A stretch of 64,000 bases of DNA from an uncultured Candidatus Rokubacteria bacterium (GTDB lineage: Bacteria > Methylomirabilota > Methylomirabilia > Rokubacteriales > DASRDR01): contig CAVPSB010000044.1 of assembly GCA_963708025.1 (NCBI GenBank), positions 81,877 through 145,876 of the forward strand, given 5' to 3'. Made by a program: the position numbers and the translations under genes. Below, piece after piece: positions 49,866-58,539 of this stretch (positions within the stretch are counted from its first letter, which is position 1; the number at the start of each line of letters is the position of its first letter). The notes beneath the pieces are model-generated. The model was not told where the DNA came from, ran no database searches, and was given only the letters and a program-made list of their open reading frames with translations.

Positions 49866-52223
49866 TTACTTCTTTCGCGCGGCCGACACCGCCGCCCAGA
49901 TGCGGGCGGGCGTCAGCGGCAGATCGATGTGCGAGATGCCCAGCGGGGCGAGCGCGTCGAGCACCGCGTTCGCCACCGCCGCCGTGGAGGCGATGGTGCC
50001 GGTCTCGCCGGCGCCCTTGATCCCCATCGGGTTCACGGGCGTCGGCGTCTCGGTCCGGTCGGTCTCGAAGGACGGCAAGTCGCCCGCCTTCGGGAGCGCG
50101 TAGTCCATCATGCTGCCGGTGACGAGCTGGCCGCCGTCGTCGTAGGCCGCGTACTCCCAGAGGGCCTGGGCCACGCCCTGCGCGATGCCGCCGTGAACCA
50201 TGCCGTCCACGATCATCGGGTTGATGACCCGTCCGACGTCGTCCACCGCGACGTAGCGCAGGATCTTCACCTTGCCGGTGTCGACATCGACCTCGACCAC
50301 CGCGATGTGGGTGCCGAAGGGGTAGACGAAGTTCGAGGGGTCCCAGAAGGAGGTCGCTTCCAGCCCGGGCTCGAGCCCCTTCGGGAGGTTGTGGGCCAGG
50401 TAGGCCATGAGCGTCACCTCGCCGAAGGTCTTGGCCCGGCCAGGCGAGCCCTTCACGAAGAACTTCCCCTCGGCGTAGTCCATGTCCGCCTCGTTGGCCT
50501 CCAGGAGGTGGGCGGCGATCTTCTTCCCCTTCTCCTTGATCTTCTGGATCGAGGCATAGATGGCGGAACCGCCGACCGCCGCCGAGCGGCTCCCGTAGGT
50601 TCCCATGCCGAACGGGATGGCGGCCGTGTCGCCGTGCACGATCTCGACGTCCTCGTAGGGGATCCCCAGCTCGTCGGCGGTGAGCTGGGCGAAGGTCGTC
50701 TCGTGGCCCTGACCGTGGGAGTGGGAGCCGGTGAAGACCGTGATCTTCCCGGTCGGGTGGACGCGCACCTGGGCGCTCTCCCACAGGCCGGCCTGGGCGC
50801 CGAGGGCGCCGGCGACCGCGGACGGGGCGACGCCGCACGCCTCGATGTACGTGGAGAAGCCGATGCCCAGGTGCCGGCCCTGCTTGCGGGCGCTCTCCTG
50901 ATCGGCGCGGAGCTTCTTGTAGTCCAGCATCTGGAGGGCGCGATCGAGGGCCGGGCCGTAGTTCCCGCTGTCGTACTGGAGCGCGACCGGCGTCTGGTAG
51001 GGGAACTTCGCGGCCGGGATGAAGTTCTTCCGCCGGAGCTCGACCGGATCCATCCCGATGGCCTTGGCCGTCAGGTCACACATCCGCTCGACCAGGTAGG
51101 TCGCCTCGGGGCGTCCGGCGCCGCGGTAGGCGTCCACGGGGGTCGTGTTGGTGAACGCCCCGACGACCTCGCAGTAGATGGTCGGCATCTCGTAGACGCC
51201 CGACAGGAGGCAGCCGTAGAGGTAGGTCGGGATGAGCGGCGCGAAAGTCGAGAGGTAGGCCCCGAGGTTGGCGTTGGTCGTCACCCGGAGGGCGACGATC
51301 CGGCCGTCCCGGTCCACCGCCATCTCGGCATCCGTGAGGTGGTCCCGCCCGTGGGCGTCGGTCAGGAACGACTCCCGCCGCTCGGCGGTCCACTTCACCG
51401 GCCGGCCCAGCTTCCTCGAGGCCCAGGTGGCCGTGACCTCTTCCGGGTAGAGGAAGATCTTGGACCCGAAGCCGCCGCCCACGTCCGGGGCGATGATCCG
51501 CAGCTTGTGCTCCGGGATGCCGAGGACGAACGCCCCCATCAGGAGCCGGTGGACGTGGGGGTTCTGGGACGTGACCCACACCGTGAAGTCGCCGGTGGCC
51601 GGGTTGTAGGAGGCCATCGACGCGCGCGGCTCGATGGCGTTCGGGATCAGGCGCTGGTTGACCAGCCGCTGCTTCACTACGCGGGCCGCCGACTTGATGG
51701 CGGCGTCGGTCTTGTCCTTGTCACCGATCGACCACCGGAACGCGACGTTGCCGGGAGCGTTCGCGTGGAGCTGCGGGGCGCCGGCGGCGACGGCCTTCTC
51801 GCCGTCGGTGACGGCCGGCAGCACCTCGTAGTCCACGTTCACCGCGTCGGCCCCGTCCCGGGCGGCGTAGGCGCTCTCGCCGATGACGACGGCGACGGCG
51901 TGGCCGACGAAGTGAGCCGTGCCGGTCGCGATCACCCGGTACTCGGGGATCTTCAGGTCCGGGAGGAGCCAGCCGCAGGGTAGCGGGCCGACCCCGCCCT
52001 CGGCCAGGTCCTTGCCCGTGAAGGCAGCCACCACCCCCGGGACCTGCCGGGCCTTCGACACGTCCACCCGGCGGAGCCGCGCGTGGGCGTGGGGGCTCCG
52101 GACGAAGACGGCATAGGTCTGGCCCGGCAGCTTGACGTCGTCGGTGTAGACCCCCTTGCCGGTGATCAGGCGCGGGTCCTCGCGGCGCTTGATGCTCGCA
52201 CCGAACAGCTTGGCCGATGCCAT
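49866..52223 (-). CDS. coxL: Molybdo-hydroxylase large subunit, form II CODH-like
   Basis: RREDPRL, VGGGFGSK, active-site loop AYRGAGR, GTYGSRS, KGAGE. Confidence 0.93.
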   Translation of the reverse strand: MASAKLFGASIKRREDPRLITGKGVYTDDVKLPGQTYAVFVRSPHAHARLRRVDVSKARQVPGVVAAFTGKDLAEGGVGPLPCGWLLPDLKIPEYRVIATGTAHFVGHAVAVVIGESAYAARDGADAVNVDYEVLPAVTDGEKAVAAGAPQLHANAPGNVAFRWSIGDKDKTDAAIKSAARVVKQRLVNQRLIPNAIEPRASMASYNPATGDFTVWVTSQNPHVHRLLMGAFVLGIPEHKLRIIAPDVGGGFGSKIFLYPEEVTATWASRKLGRPVKWTAERRESFLTDAHGRDHLTDAEMAVDRDGRIVALRVTTNANLGAYLSTFAPLIPTYLYGCLLSGVYEMPTIYCEVVGAFTNTTPVDAYRGAGRPEATYLVERMCDLTAKAIGMDPVELRRKNFIPAAKFPYQTPVALQYDSGNYGPALDRALQMLDYKKLRADQESARKQGRHLGIGFSTYIEACGVAPSAVAGALGAQAGLWESAQVRVHPTGKITVFTGSHSHGQGHETTFAQLTADELGIPYEDVEIVHGDTAAIPFGMGTYGSRSAAVGGSAIYASIQKIKEKGKKIAAHLLEANEADMDYAEGKFFVKGSPGRAKTFGEVTLMAYLAHNLPKGLEPGLEATSFWDPSNFVYPFGTHIAVVEVDVDTGKVKILRYVAVDDVGRVINPMIVDGMVHGGIAQGVAQALWEYAAYDDGGQLVTGSMMDYALPKAGDLPSFETDRTETPTPVNPMGIKGAGETGTIASTAAVANAVLDALAPLGISHIDLPLTPARIWAAVSAARKK

Positions 52224-52233
52224 GGCGGCCCCC

Positions 52234-52695
52234 CTACTTCATCTTCTCGGCCGCGTACTGGATGGCGCGGACGATGTTGTGGTACCCCGTGCACCGGCAG
52301 AGGTTGCCCTCCAGGTGATGGCGGATCTCCGCGTCAGTCGGGCTCTTGTGACGCTGCAGGATCTGATAGGCCGCCATGATCATACCGGGGGTGCAGAAGC
52401 CGCACTGGAGGCCGTGCTTCTCCCAGAAGCCTTCCTGGATCGGGTGGAGCTTCCCGTCCTTGGCCAGGCCCTCGATGGTCATGACGTCGGCGCCGTCGGC
52501 CTGTACCGCGAACAGCGTGCACGCCTTGGCCGAGATGCCGTTGACCAGGATGGTACAGGCGCCGCACTGGCTGGTATCGCAGCCCACGTGCGTCCCTGTG
52601 AGGTTGAGCACGTCGCGCAGGTAGTGGACGAGGAGCAGTCGGGGCTCCACGTCGGACGCGTGCGCCGTGCCGTTGACCGTGACTTGGATCTTCAC
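52234..52695 (-). CDS. coxS: 2x[2Fe-2S] small subunit
   Basis: [25 protein letters not shown]. Confidence 0.95.
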   Translation of the reverse strand: MKIQVTVNGTAHASDVEPRLLLVHYLRDVLNLTGTHVGCDTSQCGACTILVNGISAKACTLFAVQADGADVMTIEGLAKDGKLHPIQEGFWEKHGLQCGFCTPGMIMAAYQILQRHKSPTDAEIRHHLEGNLCRCTGYHNIVRAIQYAAEKMK

Positions 52696-52746
52696 CGCTG
52701 ACCTCCGTTCGGTTGAGTGGCGAGGAGCGCGTCGGGTCCGGGAGGA

Positions 52747-53196
52747 TTAGTGGCTGGATGTCTTGCCGATCTCCGTCTCGAGGGCCGAGAAGAACTGTTC
52801 CATCAGCATGCGAGAGGCGGCGCCGAGCAGTCGCTGCCCGACTGCCGCGATGACGCCGCCGACCTGCGCCTCACCGCGGATGGTGACCCGGGTTCCGCCG
52901 TCTTCCTCGGTCAGCGTGAGCCGGCCCTCACCCTTGACGAACCCCGGCCGGCCACTCCCCTCGACCCGGAGCGTGTAGCCCTCCGGGGGCTTCTTGTCCA
53001 GCAGCGCGAGCTTTCCCTGGTAGACGCCCTTCACCGCCGACACGCCGACCGAGAGCGTGGCCTCGAACTCGTCGGGGCCGATCGGGTCGAGCCGTTGGCA
53101 GCCGGGCGTAGCCCGAGCCAGGACCGCCGGGTCCGTGAACACGGCCCAGACGCGGTCGCGCGGGGCGCTGAAGTGATGGGTTCCGTCCAGGGTCAT
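52747..53196 (-). CDS. coxG: CoxG/SRPBCC family protein
   Basis: VWAVFTDP..LARATPGC, GGVIAAVGQRL. Confidence 0.88.
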   Translation of the reverse strand: MTLDGTHHFSAPRDRVWAVFTDPAVLARATPGCQRLDPIGPDEFEATLSVGVSAVKGVYQGKLALLDKKPPEGYTLRVEGSGRPGFVKGEGRLTLTEEDGGTRVTIRGEAQVGGVIAAVGQRLLGAASRMLMEQFFSALETEIGKTSSH

Positions 53197-53223
53197 ACGT
53201 CAGGAGGCAACGAAGGCTGGGCT

Positions 53224-53252
53224 ACCGTAACTCCCTGCGAAACGACTGTCAA
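53224..53252 (-). promoter_or_regulatory. Sigma70 promoter for the coxG-S-L-M operon (TTGACA-17-TACGGT)
   Basis: -35 at 53247-53252 and -10 at 53224-53229, 27 nt upstream of the coxG ATG. Confidence 0.65.
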
Positions 53253-53272
53253 GGTGGTGCTCCTCGGCTGCA

Positions 53273-53533
53273 TCAGTGGGTCGCGGTCATCCCGGCGAAG
53301 TTGGCCAGGCCGACCTGGCCGACATAGCCGACCAGCTGCACGACGATGCCGGCCAGGAAGAGGCCCCACCCCGCGGCCGCCGCCAGGCGGATCTCGCGGG
53401 GCCAGCGCTCGCGCGGCAGGCTGACGCCATCGCCCGCCCACGACCACCAGGCGGCCACCAGGAGCAGCACACCGCCCCCCAGGATGGCCAGGATGAGTCC
53501 GGTGGTCACGCTGTGCATCATGGGAGCCTCCAC
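53273..53533 (-). CDS. Small two-TM hypothetical protein
   Basis: AAAGGAGA SD, two hydrophobic helices. Confidence 0.65.
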   Translation of the reverse strand: MEAPMMHSVTTGLILAILGGGVLLLVAAWWSWAGDGVSLPRERWPREIRLAAAAGWGLFLAGIVVQLVGYVGQVGLANFAGMTATH

Positions 53534-53554
53534 GGTGTTCTCCTTTCCTTTCCG

Positions 53555-54787
53555 TTACGACGGGCTCGCCCCGCCGGCCGGGGCGTCCCCCAGGAGCGTC
53601 CGCCCCTCGGCCCGGGCCCGCTCGAGCACCTCGCGGACCGGCAGGCCGCGCGCGCGGGCGATGCAACGGACCTCTTCGAACTCCGGGGTCACCGTGACCG
53701 GCCGGCCCTGGAGTCGGGACACCTTGAAGGTGAGGGGCCCCAGCGAGGTCGGCAGGCGGACCAGCTCCCGCGGCAGCCGGGTCCGCACGTACTCGTGCCA
53801 GCGCACGCCGATGGTCGTCGTCTCCCGGAAGAGGAGCGCCGCCAGCTCCCCGACCCGCTCGGGGGTGGCGAAGGCGGTCAGGACCACGCCGGGACGGCTC
53901 TTCTTCATGATGACCGGCGTCAGGTACACGTCGAGCGCGCCCGCCTCGAAGAGCTGCTCCATCAGCGGCTCGTAGAGCTGGGGCGACATGTCGTCGATCG
54001 TCGTCTCGATCGCGGTCAGCCTCTCGGTCTCGGCGTCGGCCGCCTGCCCTTCCCCGAGGAGGACCCGAAGCAGGTTCGCGATCGGGAGCGTCCGAGTCCC
54101 GGCCCCCCAGCCCTGGGTCTCCAGCCGCATCGCCGGCATCGGACCGGGGGCCGCCAGGGTCGTCAGGATGGCGGCGCCGGTGGGCGTGACCAGCTCGGCC
54201 TGGACGCCGTTGTCGTAGACCGGGAAGCCGCGCAGCAGCTCGACCGTGGCCGGGGCCGGGATGGGCAGCCGTCCGTGGGCGCTCTCGATGGTCCCGCCGC
54301 CCACGGGGAGCGGCGAGACGTGGACCGCCTCGACGCCCAGGGCATCGAGCCCGGCGACGGCTCCCACCACGTCCACCAGCGTGTCGAGGGCGCCCACCTC
54401 GTGGAAGTGGACCGCGTCCACCGGAACCCGGTGGACGCGTGACTCGGCCTCGGCGAGCCGCCGGAGGATCGCGATCGCCCGGCTCCGCACGAGCTCCCCC
54501 AGCCCACTCCGCTCGATCGGGGCCACCATGGCCGCCAGGTCGTGGAAGTGGGCGCCGGGGTCGGTGTCCACGACCAGGTGGGTCCCGCGCAGGCCGCCGC
54601 GCTCGACCGGCCGCGCCTCCAGGCGCCAGCCGCCGACCTCGAGGGCGCGGAGGGCCTTCTCGATGGCGGCGAGCGGGCAGCCGGCGTCCACGAGGGCGCC
54701 CAGGATCATGTCGCCGCTGGCCCCGGCGGGGCAGTCGAAGTACGCGAGTTTTATTCGAGACCCCCCCCACCCCCGACCCCTCCCCAC
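53555..54787 (-). CDS. larC: Nickel-pincer cofactor nickel insertase LarC (start uncertain)
   Basis: YFDCPAGASGDMILGAL, AESRVH, HFHEVGALD, HGRLPIPAPAT, ELVTPTGAA, ETTIDD, MKKSRPG, ETTTIGVR, PEFEE. Confidence 0.95.
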   Translation of the reverse strand: MGRGRGWGGSRIKLAYFDCPAGASGDMILGALVDAGCPLAAIEKALRALEVGGWRLEARPVERGGLRGTHLVVDTDPGAHFHDLAAMVAPIERSGLGELVRSRAIAILRRLAEAESRVHRVPVDAVHFHEVGALDTLVDVVGAVAGLDALGVEAVHVSPLPVGGGTIESAHGRLPIPAPATVELLRGFPVYDNGVQAELVTPTGAAILTTLAAPGPMPAMRLETQGWGAGTRTLPIANLLRVLLGEGQAADAETERLTAIETTIDDMSPQLYEPLMEQLFEAGALDVYLTPVIMKKSRPGVVLTAFATPERVGELAALLFRETTTIGVRWHEYVRTRLPRELVRLPTSLGPLTFKVSRLQGRPVTVTPEFEEVRCIARARGLPVREVLERARAEGRTLLGDAPAGGASPS

Positions 54788-54810
54788 CTGCCGGGGGGAG
54801 GGGGGGCGGC
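54755..54810. repeat. Intergenic repeat family 2-like unit
   Basis: TTCGAGACCCCCCCCACCCCCGACCCCTCCCC...GGGGAGGGG resembles 28365 and 60383. Confidence 0.55.
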
Positions 54811-54852
54811 CCGCGGCAGAGTGTCAGCGCAGCAAAGTCCGAGCATGAGCGG

Positions 54853-56529
54853 TCAGCTCGGCTTGAAGGAGCGGTCGAGGGCGACGTCGAGGAGGGTGGG
54901 CTCGCGGCGGCCGAGGGCCCGGGCCAAAGCGGGGGCGACGTCCGGGAGCTTCTCGATCCGCTCGGCCTCCACGCCGAAGGAGCGGGCCAGGCCCACGAAG
55001 TCCACGCGGGGATCCTCGAGGTCCATGCCGACGTAGCGGTCGTGCTGGGCGGCCAGCCCCTTCATCGCGTGGACCCGCTGCTTGAGGATCCGGTAGGAAG
55101 AGTTGTTCAGGATGACGAAGACGGCCGGCACCTTCTCGTGGGCGGCCGTCCACAGCGCCTGGCAGGTGTAAAGGGCGCTGCCGTCCCCGATCAGCCCGAC
55201 CACCGGCCGGTCCGGCAGCGCGAGCTTCACGCCGATCGCGGCCGGGAGGCCCCAGCCGATGCCGCCGCCCCGGAGACCGAAGAAGCTCCGCGGGTCCTCG
55301 CTCCGGAGGAACATCCGGAGCCCCGCCCCCGACGAGACGCTCTCGTCGACCACGACCGCCTCGGCCGGCAGGGCCTCGGCGATCGCGTGCATGAGGGCGA
55401 GCGGGCTGATGGGCACCCGGAGCGCGTCGGCCCGGGCTCGCACGGCCAGCTCCTCCCGGTGGCGCGCCTTCGCCGCCCGCGCCGCCTCCAGGCGCTGCCG
55501 CGCCCGGCTCCGCTGCTCGGCCGTCAGCCGGGCTTCCAGGGCGGCGGCCAGGTCGGGCAGCGTCGCTTTCGGGTCGCCGAGGATCGCGACGCGGGTCGGG
55601 TAGTTCTTCCCCAACTCCCACGGGTCCACGTCGAGGTGGACGATCGCCAGCTCTTCCGGCATGGGATCCAGGTCCGACGGCAGCGACATCGTCAGGAGGT
55701 CGGCGCCGACGGAGAAGAGAACGTCTCCCTGTCCCAGGGCCTGCCGGACGGCGGCCGCCTGGCGGACGAGCGCGCCGCGGAAGAGCGGATGCGACGCCGG
55801 GAAGGACGCCGTGTTCGGGATCGCCTCCGCGTAGACGGTCGCCCCGAGCAGCTCCGCGACCCGGACCAGCTCGGCGAGGGCGTCGGCCTGGGCGACGCCG
55901 TCCCCCGCCATGATGAGCGGGCGCTCGGCGCCCGCCAGCAATTCGGCGGCGGCCTCGATCGCGGCGCGATCGCCGCGAATGCGGTGAGCCACCCGGGTGG
56001 GCTGCCCGAGGTCCAGCTCGGCCTCGGCGTTCAGGACGTCGGCCGGCAGCGACAGGAACACGGGGCCGGTCGGCGGCGCCAGGGCGGTCTTGGCGGCGCG
56101 GTGGACGGCGCGCGGCAGGTCGTGAAGCCGGCGGACCTCCGACGACCACTTGACGAAGGGCCGGGCGATCGGCGGCAGGTCGGCCCAGAGGATCGGCTCC
56201 GTGAAGTTGAAGCTCTGGTCGTGCTGGCCGGCCGTCAGCAGGAGCGGCGCCCCCGCCTTCTGGGCGTCGTACAGCATCCCGAGAGCGTTGCCGAGGCCGG
56301 GCGCGACGTGCACGTTCACGACGGCGAGCTTCCCCGAAGCCTGGGCGTAGCCGTCGGCCATCGCCACGACCGCCGCCTCCTGGAGCCCGAGCACGTAACG
56401 GATGCCCGGCTCGGCCACGAGGCCGTCCATGAGCGGCAGCTCGGTGGTCCCGGGGTTCCCGAAGAGATACTCCACCCCCTCCTGGCGCAAGAGCTCCAGG
56501 AACGCCCGCTTCCCAGCCATGAACGGCAT
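54853..56529 (-). CDS. ThDP-dependent enzyme, benzoylformate decarboxylase (MdlC)-like
   Basis: FGNPGTTELP, LQEAAVVAMADGYAQ, NVHVAPGLGNA, GDGSALY...ILNNSSY. Confidence 0.88.
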   Translation of the reverse strand: MPFMAGKRAFLELLRQEGVEYLFGNPGTTELPLMDGLVAEPGIRYVLGLQEAAVVAMADGYAQASGKLAVVNVHVAPGLGNALGMLYDAQKAGAPLLLTAGQHDQSFNFTEPILWADLPPIARPFVKWSSEVRRLHDLPRAVHRAAKTALAPPTGPVFLSLPADVLNAEAELDLGQPTRVAHRIRGDRAAIEAAAELLAGAERPLIMAGDGVAQADALAELVRVAELLGATVYAEAIPNTASFPASHPLFRGALVRQAAAVRQALGQGDVLFSVGADLLTMSLPSDLDPMPEELAIVHLDVDPWELGKNYPTRVAILGDPKATLPDLAAALEARLTAEQRSRARQRLEAARAAKARHREELAVRARADALRVPISPLALMHAIAEALPAEAVVVDESVSSGAGLRMFLRSEDPRSFFGLRGGGIGWGLPAAIGVKLALPDRPVVGLIGDGSALYTCQALWTAAHEKVPAVFVILNNSSYRILKQRVHAMKGLAAQHDRYVGMDLEDPRVDFVGLARSFGVEAERIEKLPDVAPALARALGRREPTLLDVALDRSFKPS

Positions 56530-56605
56530 CGCGATCCTCTTCTTCCGGCGCTAACCAGATCTAGTCAGGAAGCTGTCGTGAGGGCGCTTCGCGCACGAAC
56601 CGGGT

Positions 56606-56829
56606 TAGCGCCGGGCCGAGAACCGAGCAGCCCCCACAGGCCGAAGGCTGTCCGATCGACGCAGGGAGTCGCCGACCGGAGGCGTACTCCGAGTACGCCG
56701 AGGATCGGCGACGACCGAGGACGACCATAGGCCGGGACGGACGCCCCCAGGCCGGAGGCCGTCCGATCGACGCAGGCCGAGCGCGTCACGGCCGAGATGA
56801 AGATTGCGAAGGTTATCGGCACGGCGCTA
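56606..56829. repeat. Structured repeat family 3, copy 3
   Basis: Terminal IR TAGCGCCGGGCCGA/TCGGCACGGCGCTA (13/14), shared core, variant 20-bp modules. Confidence 0.88.
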
Positions 56830-57585
56830 GCGGATCTTGGCGGCCAGCTTATTGATGCGATCCGCCATGCAGGCGGCGCCGAAGCCGTTGTCGATGTTCA
56901 CGACCGCGACGCCCGGCACGCACGTCGCGAGCATGGTGAGCATGGCCGCGAATCCGCCGAGGGAGACGCCGTACCCGACGCTGGTGGGGACCCCGATGAC
57001 CGGCCGGTCGACGAGGCCGCCGACCACGCTGGCGAGGGCGCCCTCCATCCCGGCCACCACCACGATCGCGTTCGCTTCCATGAGGAGGGGGTGCTGCGCG
57101 AGCAGCCGGTGAAGGCCGGCCACCCCGGCGTCGTAGATCCGCTCCACCCGGTTCCCCCGCACCTCGGCCGTCACCGCCGCCTCCTCGGCCACCGGCAGGT
57201 CGGAGGTGCCCGCGCTCACGACCGCGATCAGCCCGACGCCCTCCACCGGCTCGGGGTTGGCCACGAGCAGTCGCGCCTCGGGATGATAGGCGATCGGGAT
57301 GCCGGCGGCGCGGACGGCCTCGTGAACCTCGGCGCCCGCGTGCGTCGCCAAGACGTTCCGGTGGTGCTCGGCGAGGCGGGCCAGGATGCGGACGATCTGC
57401 TCCGGGGTCTTGCCCTGGCAGTAGACGGCCTCGGGGCCGCCGGACCGGAGCGCCCGATGGGTGTCGAGCCGGGCGAAGCCGAGGTCCTCGAACGGCAGCC
57501 CGCGCAGGCGCTCCAGGGCGGCCTCCGGGGACACCTCGCCCGCCTGCACGGCGGCCAGCAGCGCGCGCAGGCGATCTGGATCCAT
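56827..57585 (-). CDS. larB: Nickel-pincer cofactor carboxylase/hydrolase LarB
   Basis: FARLDTHR, PEAVYCQGKT, AGTSDLPVAEEA, AGMEGALASV, PTSVGYG, VVNIDNGFGAA. Confidence 0.95.
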   Translation of the reverse strand: MDPDRLRALLAAVQAGEVSPEAALERLRGLPFEDLGFARLDTHRALRSGGPEAVYCQGKTPEQIVRILARLAEHHRNVLATHAGAEVHEAVRAAGIPIAYHPEARLLVANPEPVEGVGLIAVVSAGTSDLPVAEEAAVTAEVRGNRVERIYDAGVAGLHRLLAQHPLLMEANAIVVVAGMEGALASVVGGLVDRPVIGVPTSVGYGVSLGGFAAMLTMLATCVPGVAVVNIDNGFGAACMADRINKLAAKIR

Positions 57586-57593
57586 CGTCCTAC

Positions 57594-57684
57594 TCCCTCT
57601 CCCTCCCAGGGAGAGGGTGGGGGTGAGGGTTCCGGGGGATGGTGGCCCCCCTCACCCTACCCTCTCCCCCGAGGGGGGAGAGGG
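57594..57684. repeat. Repeat family 4, inverted doublet; contains the larE stop codon
   Basis: CCCTCTCCC..GGGAGAGGGTGGGGGTGAGGG / CCCCTCACCCTACCCTCTCCCCC..GGGGGAGAGGG. Confidence 0.82.
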
Positions 57685-58539
57685 AACGCGCGAACGGAGC
57701 CGGAGGAGCGCCGCGTTCAGGCTCCCCGAGCGGAAGCCCTGGAGGTCGACGGTGACGTGGAGGAAGCCCAGCTCGGAGAGGCGCATGGCGATGGCCTCGG
57801 CCCGCTCCTCCTCCCACAGCCGGCTCAACTCTCCCTTCGCGATCTCCAGCCGCGCGAGGTCGCCGTGGTGCCGGACGCGGAACTCGCGGAACCCGAGGCC
57901 CCGGACGAAGGCCTCGGCCTGATCCACCTGGCGGAGCTTCTCGGGCGTGATGCGGGTTCCGTACGGAAAGCGCGAGGACAGGCAGGCCATCGCCGGCTTG
58001 TCCCAGGTGGGGAGGCCGACGGCCCGCGACAGCGCCCGGATGTCCGCCTTGCCGAGTCCCGCCTCGATCAGCGGGGCCTTCACCCCGCGCTGGCGGGCGG
58101 AGACCATCCCGGGCCGGTGGTCCCCGAGATCGTCCACGGTGGCGCCGTAGACGAGGTGCCGGAGTCCTTCGGCGGCCGCGATCGGCTCGAGCCGCGTGAA
58201 CAGCTCCTCCTTGCAGAAGAAGCAGCGGTTCGGTGGATTCTCGGCGTAGGCGGGGTTCTCGACCTCGTGGGTGCGGATCACGAGGTGGCGGAGGCCGATC
58301 AGCGCGGCCAGCCGGCGCGACTCGTCCAGCTCGCCCTCGGCGTAGCTCTCGGAGTCGGCCGTCACCAGCAGGGCCCGGTCGCCGAGCGCATCGCGGGCGG
58401 CCCAGCCGAGGAAGGTCGAGTCCACGCCGCCCGAGAACGCCACCGCGACGCTCTCGAGCGTCGTCAGGCATTCGCGCAGTTGCCCGTAGCGAGCCAGGAG
58501 CCCGGGGTCGAGCGCCGCCAGGCGCGGATCAGTGCTCAT
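57652..58539 (-). CDS. larE: ATP-dependent sulfur insertase LarE
   Basis: AFSGGVDS PP-loop, RCFFCK, DHRPG, WDKPAMACLSSRFPYG, FRVRHHG, GFRSGSLN. Confidence 0.94.
   Translation of the reverse strand: MSTDPRLAALDPGLLARYGQLRECLTTLESVAVAFSGGVDSTFLGWAARDALGDRALLVTADSESYAEGELDESRRLAALIGLRHLVIRTHEVENPAYAENPPNRCFFCKEELFTRLEPIAAAEGLRHLVYGATVDDLGDHRPGMVSARQRGVKAPLIEAGLGKADIRALSRAVGLPTWDKPAMACLSSRFPYGTRITPEKLRQVDQAEAFVRGLGFREFRVRHHGDLARLEIAKGELSRLWEEERAEAIAMRLSELGFLHVTVDLQGFRSGSLNAALLRLRSRVPSPPSGERVG

Noticed and set aside
49866-52223. True aerobic CO dehydrogenase (form I)
   Set aside because: Active-site loop is AYRGAGR and gene order is S-L-M; CO oxidation is not supported.
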